This document shows positions 58,122 to 64,000 of a DNA stretch of 64,000 nucleotides, piece after piece. The DNA is from Dehalococcoidia bacterium (GTDB lineage: Bacteria > Chloroflexota > Dehalococcoidia > Plut-88900), in NCBI GenBank assembly GCA_965207225.1, contig CBDBLV010000005.1, positions 1,728,001 to 1,792,000 of the forward strand. The letters run 5' to 3'. Position 1 is the first letter of the stretch, and each line of letters starts with the position of its first letter. The position numbers and the translations under genes were made by a program. The notes under the pieces were generated by a model. That model worked only from the letters and a program-made list of their open reading frames with translations, was not told the DNA's origin and did no database searches.

Positions 58122-58363
58122 TAGTCACGCCGCGACAGTAATCCGTGAGGAGGAGTGACGGTCAGGGTGTCTCCACTGCCGGAAATCGTACCGATTGGGT
58201 CTACCATATTGAGGGAAGAGGACTCTGCCATGACGGCCTCCATCCAGCTATAGAAGCGATAGGTTAGGATGTCACGGATTCTAAATGCTAGAGGGGATTG
58301 CGGGCAAGGGTGGAGTAGAATAACTCCCGACAACCCGGTACATAGGTTGAAAAAGGGCGTCAA

Positions 58364-58843
58364 ATGACCAATCCCGAGCCTTCGGGAGTAGAAAGAGTCA
58401 GGGCGGCATTGCTGGAAATGGGCCATGGATATGAGCCCGTGGTTCTGCCACAGTCGGCGGGCACCTCCGCTCAGGCCGCCGACGCCCTTGGCTGTGACGT
58501 TGCCCAGATCGCTAAGTCCCTCGTCTTCCGAGGTCGGGAGTCGGGGCGTGGGGTGCTGGTCGTTGCCAGCGGCGCAAACCGCATCGACGAAAAGCGCCTG
58601 GGCCGCACCATCGGCGAAAAAGTCCAAAAACCGGACGCCGACTTTGTAAGAGGGGCCACGGGCTACTCTATTGGAGGCGTGCCGCCCGTCGGCCTCGCCC
58701 AACCGCTCGAGACCATAATCGACGAAGACCTGCTCCAATTCGACGTCGTCTGGGCCGCCGCGGGAAACCCCAGGGCCGTCTTCTCCCTTGACCCGAAGAC
58801 TCTGGCGTCCATGACCGGCGGTCGGGTGACGAGGATTAAATAG
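58364..58843 (+). CDS. YbaK/EbsC aminoacyl-tRNA deacylase family
   Basis: Motifs AADALGC.VAQIAKSLVF, ATGYSIGGVPPVG, VWAAAG. Confidence 0.9.
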   Translation: MTNPEPSGVERVRAALLEMGHGYEPVVLPQSAGTSAQAADALGCDVAQIAKSLVFRGRESGRGVLVVASGANRIDEKRLGRTIGEKVQKPDADFVRGATGYSIGGVPPVGLAQPLETIIDEDLLQFDVVWAAAGNPRAVFSLDPKTLASMTGGRVTRIK

Positions 58844-58859
58844 TGAGTATGGCGAGAAC

Positions 58860-59840
58860 ATGAAAAGGCTGAAGCTCATAGCTACGGGTGGGACCATCGC
58901 CTACAAGTTCGACGAGGCGGTGGGTGCTTCCGTGCCCGCGGTCACTGGCGCAGATCTGATCGAGGCCGTTCCTCAACTCGCCGATCTGGCCGAAATTGAT
59001 GTCCTTCAACTTTCGAATGTGGGCAGCCCCGTCCTGACCCCCGAGGACTTCCTCCGTTACGCCCGTGAATGCGCCCGCGTCGCCGGGTCGGGCGAAGCCG
59101 ACGGCATAGTCCTCACCATGGGCACCGCCACCCTCGCCGAGTGCGCCTACATGCTCCACCTCCTCCTGGATCAGGAAATTCCGGTCGTGGTTACAGGTGC
59201 CATGCGGGTCCACTCCCACCCCAGCCCCGACGGCCCAGGCAACCTCCTCGATTCCGGCATAGCAGCGATCTCTGCCCAAACTCGGGGGTGGGGCGTCCTC
59301 GTCTGCGCCAACGGCGAACTCCACGATCCCCGAGAAGCGGTCAAGAGCAATTCCATAGACCTCGCCGCCTTCAGCTCCCCCGAATTTGGGCCTGTGGGAT
59401 TTGTCAGGAACGGTCGCGCAGAAATGTTCCGACGCCCAACCATCAGGGAGCACATCCCCGTCGATGATATTCGGGCAAGGGTTTCTATAGTCCAGGCGGT
59501 GGAAGGTGACGACGGCAAGCTGGTGGATGCCGCTTCTGAATTCTCCGATGGCATAGTGCTGGTCGGCTTTGCCCCGGGCTGCGTACCTCCGACCATGATG
59601 CCCGCCATTGAACGGGCGGCGTCCAAAGGTGTTGCCATGGTGCTCGTGACCCGGTCTTATAGCGGTTCCCTGGGGGTTGGTGTGTATGAGAGGAGCGACG
59701 GAGGGATAGAGCATCTGATGGCACTTGGAGTCCTGCTTGGTGGAAGCCTTCGGGCCGCCAAGGCCCAGATTAAGCTGATGCTCGCCCTCAGCGCCACCCG
59801 AGACCCGAACCGCCTTCAGGAGTTCTTCCCGAACATTTAG
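58860..59840 (+). CDS. Asparaginase/glutaminase-fold amidohydrolase with altered active site
   Basis: Motifs IATGGTIA, NVGSP, MGTATLAE (canonical HGTDT.EE), VVTGAMR, DGPGNL, AVKSNS. Confidence 0.82.
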   Translation: MKRLKLIATGGTIAYKFDEAVGASVPAVTGADLIEAVPQLADLAEIDVLQLSNVGSPVLTPEDFLRYARECARVAGSGEADGIVLTMGTATLAECAYMLHLLLDQEIPVVVTGAMRVHSHPSPDGPGNLLDSGIAAISAQTRGWGVLVCANGELHDPREAVKSNSIDLAAFSSPEFGPVGFVRNGRAEMFRRPTIREHIPVDDIRARVSIVQAVEGDDGKLVDAASEFSDGIVLVGFAPGCVPPTMMPAIERAASKGVAMVLVTRSYSGSLGVGVYERSDGGIEHLMALGVLLGGSLRAAKAQIKLMLALSATRDPNRLQEFFPNI

Positions 59841-59864
59841 ACCCCGTCCCCGAGGAGGCACAAC

Positions 59865-61265
59865 ATGAGCATGGACCTGGTAATCAGAAACGGCAACATC
59901 GTCACTGCCGATGCGAATTACACCGCCGATATCGGGGTGAGGGGTGGGGTAATCGCCCAGATTGGCGGCGCGATGGACGGAGGTAGGGAGATCGACGCCT
60001 CAGGAAAGCTCGTAACCCCTGGAGGCGTCGACGTTCACGTACACTTCGAACCCGATGAAGAGCTCGGCCCCGATTGGCGGGGCATGGTAGACGGCTATTA
60101 CGAGGGCTCCGCAGGAGCCGCTATTGGCGGCATCACCACCTTCGGAAACATGGTCGCACCCCTGGGCGACGAGGGAGAAGGGAACGGGGACGAGGGTCTC
60201 TTGGAAATGCTCAACCGGTCCGAGGCCAGCGCCCTCGCCAACTCCGTCCTTGACTTCACCCTCCACCCTATCATCTACCACCCCACCCCCGAGATCATCG
60301 CCGAAATCCCCAATCTCGCCGAGAACGGCTACTTCAGCATCAAGATTTTCACCCTTTTCCAGTTCGATAGGCGGGTCAAGGACTTCATCAGGGCCATCGA
60401 TGCCGCCCACCAGAACGGCATGGTCACCATGATGCACTGTGAAGACCAGCCCATAAACGGCTACCTCGCCCGACGCCTCATCGGTGAAGGCAAGCCCGGC
60501 ATCAAGTACTACAACAACAGCCGCCCGGACTACGCCGAGGCCATAGCAACGGCCAGGGCCGTGGCCATAGGCCGGGCTACGGGCGCAACTATCTACGTAG
60601 TCCACCTGTCGTCGAAAGCAGCGCTGGACGTCACCCGATGCAACCCTGCCGAGGGACAGCGCGTCTACGTCGAGACCCGCCCCATCTACCTCCACCTCGA
60701 CGAGCGCAGCTATGAAGAGCCCAGCGCCGAAAAGTACACCGGATGGCCCCCTCTACGAGACCCCGCGGACGTGGAAGCCTTGTGGCACGGCATAAACGCT
60801 GGCGACATACAGACGGTCTGCAGCGACCACGCACCCTGGAAGTGGGACCAGAAGCTGAATCCCGACCTGAACGTCAGCAACTTCCTCCCCGGCATGGCCA
60901 ACCTCGAGACCATGCTCCCCATGCTCTACGACGAAGGAGTGCGCACGGGCCGAATAACTGCCAACAAGTGGATAGACCTCGTCGCAACCACCCCCGCCCG
61001 ACTGTTCGGGATGTTCCCGCAGAAAGGGACCATAGCCGTGGGTTCGGACGCCGACATCGCAGTCTGGGACCCCGATCGCACCCGCACCATTCGCGGTGAG
61101 GAGATGGCTTCCAACGCCGGCTTCGACATCTACGAAGGCCGCGAGATCAAGGGCTGGCCCGAATACACCATCTCCCGCGGCGAAGTGATAGTCGAAGACG
61201 GCGAACTGGTCGGGGCCCGGGGCAGGGGTGAAAGAGTGATGCGCAACCCGCATCAGCCTTTATGA
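59865..61265 (+). CDS. Dihydropyrimidinase/D-hydantoinase family cyclic amidohydrolase
   Basis: Motifs PGGVDVHVH, GGITT, SIKIF, MHCED, YVVHLSS, VETRP, PPLR, SDHAP, KGTIAVGSDAD. Confidence 0.9.
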   Translation: MSMDLVIRNGNIVTADANYTADIGVRGGVIAQIGGAMDGGREIDASGKLVTPGGVDVHVHFEPDEELGPDWRGMVDGYYEGSAGAAIGGITTFGNMVAPLGDEGEGNGDEGLLEMLNRSEASALANSVLDFTLHPIIYHPTPEIIAEIPNLAENGYFSIKIFTLFQFDRRVKDFIRAIDAAHQNGMVTMMHCEDQPINGYLARRLIGEGKPGIKYYNNSRPDYAEAIATARAVAIGRATGATIYVVHLSSKAALDVTRCNPAEGQRVYVETRPIYLHLDERSYEEPSAEKYTGWPPLRDPADVEALWHGINAGDIQTVCSDHAPWKWDQKLNPDLNVSNFLPGMANLETMLPMLYDEGVRTGRITANKWIDLVATTPARLFGMFPQKGTIAVGSDADIAVWDPDRTRTIRGEEMASNAGFDIYEGREIKGWPEYTISRGEVIVEDGELVGARGRGERVMRNPHQPL

Positions 61266-62168
61266 GACTAAAATCTCTATCCGGCAATGGTCGCTTGGCC
61301 CCCATTCTTCGGGGGAATTAAGCGCTCGTACTGAAATTGTGTCCGCAAAGCCCTTTGATGCGAAAACATAATCCAACTGCCGGGTCGCAGCTTCAGGCTT
61401 TCGGGCTGTCGGGTGGTAGGTAGGAACGTTTCTACTGTCAATAGGCAGCTCGTCAGGCCAGGGGTGGGCCTGACGACCATTGGGCGCCTGAGGCCCGAGG
61501 AATGTAAGGCCCAGCGCCTCCATCCTATCGAACACTGTCTGATAGCGCCGAGCCCAGTATGTATTGCCGCCTTCTGCATAACCATACATAAGATTGAGAT
61601 CACCGGCTGCAAGGATGCGATGCTTGAGTGGATCCTCCTGACCAATGAAAGCGGAGAGATCGGAGATGATGCGGTGAACCGTGGCATCGGAATATATCCA
61701 ACTGCTTTTGGTCGATGAGTGAGTTCTCAGCCAGAAGCCATACATTGACACCACAATAAATGGTTCGATGGCCCCGACGCTAGGCGTGACTTTCGCAGCT
61801 GTTATCGTTCCTATGCCGCTAACGGCTATCTCATCAGGCTCGATGGGAGCTGTCGGCCCAACCTGCTTGAACCACTCTACCTTCACCCTGCTCGATAACC
61901 GTACAACCATCGGCCAACGGTCATACAATGCCTTCCATCGCCCGCGCCACCAGTCGGAGTTCCACCAATGCGAGTCCCACGTTTCTTGGGGGCCTATATC
62001 TAGTACGCCGGTGTCTACTGACGGTGGGAGTTTGGAGCCTCGCAACCGGACCACATCATCCGGCGGCGGCGTGGCCTCCTGCAGTAGGGCAACATCGGCG
62101 TCCGACTGTGCCAGTAGACGCCACGGCTGCTGGCGTTTGGCGATATTCCAGCTGATGACCTTGATCAT
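61260..62168 (-). CDS. Endonuclease/exonuclease/phosphatase (EEP) family protein
   Basis: Motifs VISWNI, DVALLQE, AAGDLN, PTY, QLDYVFAS, PSDH. Overlaps the convergent gene by 6 bp. Confidence 0.85.
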   Translation of the reverse strand: MIKVISWNIAKRQQPWRLLAQSDADVALLQEATPPPDDVVRLRGSKLPPSVDTGVLDIGPQETWDSHWWNSDWWRGRWKALYDRWPMVVRLSSRVKVEWFKQVGPTAPIEPDEIAVSGIGTITAAKVTPSVGAIEPFIVVSMYGFWLRTHSSTKSSWIYSDATVHRIISDLSAFIGQEDPLKHRILAAGDLNLMYGYAEGGNTYWARRYQTVFDRMEALGLTFLGPQAPNGRQAHPWPDELPIDSRNVPTYHPTARKPEAATRQLDYVFASKGFADTISVRALNSPEEWGPSDHCRIEILVS

Positions 62169-62186
62169 CGACAGGAATGGACCGTC

Positions 62187-62837
62187 CTAACCCTCAGTAA
62201 TCTCCACGCTCTCAATAACCACGTCATCGGAAGGCCGGTCCCGAGGCCCCGTGTTGACCTGTGATATTGCCAGCACCACGTCATATCCCTCCGTCACCTT
62301 CCCGAAAATCGTGTGATTCCCGTTCAGGTGGGGCGTCGGGGCCACGGTGATGAAGAACTGGCTCCCGTTTGTCCCGGGGCCCGCATTGGCCATCGCCAAC
62401 AGGCCCGGCTCTGCGAAGGTAAGCGACCCGACTATCTCGTCCTGGAATCGGTAGCCGGGGCCTCCCGTACCTGTGCCCGTGGGGTCCCCGCCCTGGATCA
62501 TGAAGCCTTCGATGACCCGGTGAAAGATGACCCCGTCATAAAAGTTGTCGCGGGCTAGAAAGACAAAGCTGTTCACGGTGATAGGAGCCTCGGCGGCATA
62601 AAGTTCAATCGTGACGTCTCCGTGGTTCGTTTTGAGCTTGGCGGTATAGGACTTCTTGGAGTCGATGGACATTGCTGGGGGACTGCTGTACTGCTTGATG
62701 GTGACTTCTCCTGTGGTTGAAGTTTGTGGTGCAGGTGTCGCCGTAGGGGGCTCGGAACCCGAGCAAGATGCAATGACTAGGACGACAACCGACAAAGCTG
62801 TCAGTAACAGAACGGGTTTCTTCGCTGGATATCTCAT
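62187..62837 (-). CDS. Cyclophilin-type peptidyl-prolyl isomerase, predicted lipoprotein
   Basis: Signal peptide with lipobox IASC. Motifs FHRVIEGFMIQGGDPTGTG, LAMANAGPGTNGSQFFIT. Confidence 0.93.
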   Translation of the reverse strand: MRYPAKKPVLLLTALSVVVLVIASCSGSEPPTATPAPQTSTTGEVTIKQYSSPPAMSIDSKKSYTAKLKTNHGDVTIELYAAEAPITVNSFVFLARDNFYDGVIFHRVIEGFMIQGGDPTGTGTGGPGYRFQDEIVGSLTFAEPGLLAMANAGPGTNGSQFFITVAPTPHLNGNHTIFGKVTEGYDVVLAISQVNTGPRDRPSDDVVIESVEITEG

Positions 62838-62867
62838 TGCTCTATACGGTCATTACACTTGCTGGAC

Positions 62868-63227
62868 CTAGTCCAGGATCTTGTTCTCGCCCGGGAGCAG
62901 GACGGAGATCTGCGAAAAGGACGAGTCTTCGGTTGCCCCGTGCCAATGGATCTCACCGGTGGGAACATGCACTACGTCGCCCACGGTCACTACGTTCTCT
63001 TTATCGTCCGTGGCCAGGATGCCCCTGCCCCCCGTCACGACGATTACCTGGTCCGACTCATGCGTGTGCCGCTTTGTCCGGGCCCCGGGGCTGAAGGTCA
63101 CGTTTCCGATCAGCATGTGATCGGAGACGTCTTTCGTCACCATCCGCTGCGTCGCCACCGACCCCACGAACATCGGGTTTTCCCCCTCGACGTTCTTGGG
63201 CATTTCGTTCATGTTGAATACTTGCAC
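62868..63227 (-). CDS. Cupin domain protein
   Basis: GTG after AGGAGG. Motifs VTFSPGART..HTH..DQ and GDVV.VP.GE.HWHGA. Confidence 0.88.
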   Translation of the reverse strand: MQVFNMNEMPKNVEGENPMFVGSVATQRMVTKDVSDHMLIGNVTFSPGARTKRHTHESDQVIVVTGGRGILATDDKENVVTVGDVVHVPTGEIHWHGATEDSSFSQISVLLPGENKILD

Positions 63228-63394
63228 GCTTCCTCCTTGTTGACGACGCCCGGCATTATCGGTTCCGGGCGCCGGGCCTAATGTATTTGCCTCGGCGTAG
63301 AATTGCAAGACCAGGCCCTCCGCTGAACCCCCGCTGAACTAGCCAACCCGTCGAATACCGGCTGATACAATAACCGCCGGAAGGCGCAGTCGAC

Positions 63395-64000
63395 TTGGAA
63401 GACGAACGATACGACGTAATAGTGGTCGGTGCTGGGAATGCCGCCCTGACTGCGGCTCTTTCTGCCCGCGAAGCCGGGGCCCGGGTCCTGGTGCTCGAAA
63501 AGGCCCCGAAAGCGGAAAGGGGCGGCAACAGCCGTTTCAGCGGCGGACTATTTCGTTTCGCATACAACTCCATCGATGACGTTAAAGGCCTGCTTCCTGG
63601 GAGCGAGCATGAAGCCCGGGTGGAGGTCGGAGAATACCCCGCCGACCCTTTCTACACTGACTTGATGAAGGTGACGAAGGGTGAGGCAAATCCGGTGCTT
63701 TCCAGGAAGGTTGTCGACGAATCCCTCCCCACAATGAAGTGGATGTCAGGCCACGGCATCCAGTGGGCATGGACCGGCCTCTGGTCAGTCGCCGGGTCGG
63801 ACGGGGTGAAGAGGTACAACCCCGGAAGCGTGCTGGAGGCAAAGGGTCGGGGTGTGGGACTCGTGGCCGCCCTTTTCAAGGCCGTAGAGCGCGAAGGCAT
63901 CGAGGTTCGTTACGGTGCAGCTGTAACCGGCATTGAAGTGGGTAGATCGCCGGGCCGCGTCACTCTCCGACTGGACGGTGCCCGGGGAGTTGAGCAATTA
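63395..64000 (+). CDS. FAD-dependent tricarballylate dehydrogenase TcuA-like flavoprotein (3' truncated; absent from ORF track)
   Basis: Manual translation gives YDVIVVGAGNAALTAALSAREAGARVLVLEKAP..ERGGNSRFSGG.FRFAY; frame appears open to the window end. Confidence 0.82.
   Translation, partial: MEDERYDVIVVGAGNAALTAALSAREAGARVLVLEKAPKAERGGNSRFSGGLFRFAYNSIDDVKGLLPGSEHEARVEVGEYPADPFYTDLMKVTKGEANPVLSRKVVDESLPTMKWMSGHGIQWAWTGLWSVAGSDGVKRYNPGSVLEAKGRGVGLVAALFKAVEREGIEVRYGAAVTGIEVGRSPGRVTLRLDGARGVEQL

Larger units (their letters stand above)
56110..58231 (-). pseudogene. 127-aa hypothetical gene split by IS1182
   Basis: Removing the IS and one TAGTC copy gives a continuous 384-nt frame, MAESSS...GLLSRRDYFFDRNKQ...WFIMGSKK...WKGN*, with GGAGG RBS. 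Confidence 0.85.

Noticed and set aside
58121-58897. 258-aa minus-strand ORF
   Set aside because: Mostly antisense to ybaK; only the last 36 codons are real, as the 5' part of the IS-split gene.

Overview
GC-rich, gene-dense chromosomal window with about 55 CDS, dominated by catabolic enzymes. These include five luciferase-like (LLM) flavin/F420 oxidoreductases, family III CoA-transferases, acyl-CoA dehydrogenases, crotonases, amidohydrolases, three M24-fold hydrolases, Rieske and ring-cleavage dioxygenases, racemases (LarA, Alr) and D-amino-acid-type oxidoreductases. This paralog profile suggests a SAR202/Dehalococcoidia-like Chloroflexota genome (inference; there is no marker gene here). 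Accessory content: a HicAB toxin-antitoxin pair with a palindromic operator, three orphan nuclease-fold genes (PIN, PLD-DUF4357, EEP), an IS1182 element with a 5-bp target duplication that splits a reconstructable 127-aa gene, and several families of CGTC/REP-like palindromes. The least explained stretch is 8375-10083. Two ~140-bp modules there carry perfect, covarying 18-bp hairpins and an internal segment in opposite orientations. They bracket a consensus promoter, RBS and orphan ORF, and are followed by helically phased TTCAATCAA repeats. No rRNA, tRNA or CRISPR array was seen. All calls come from reading motifs by eye; no database searches were run.
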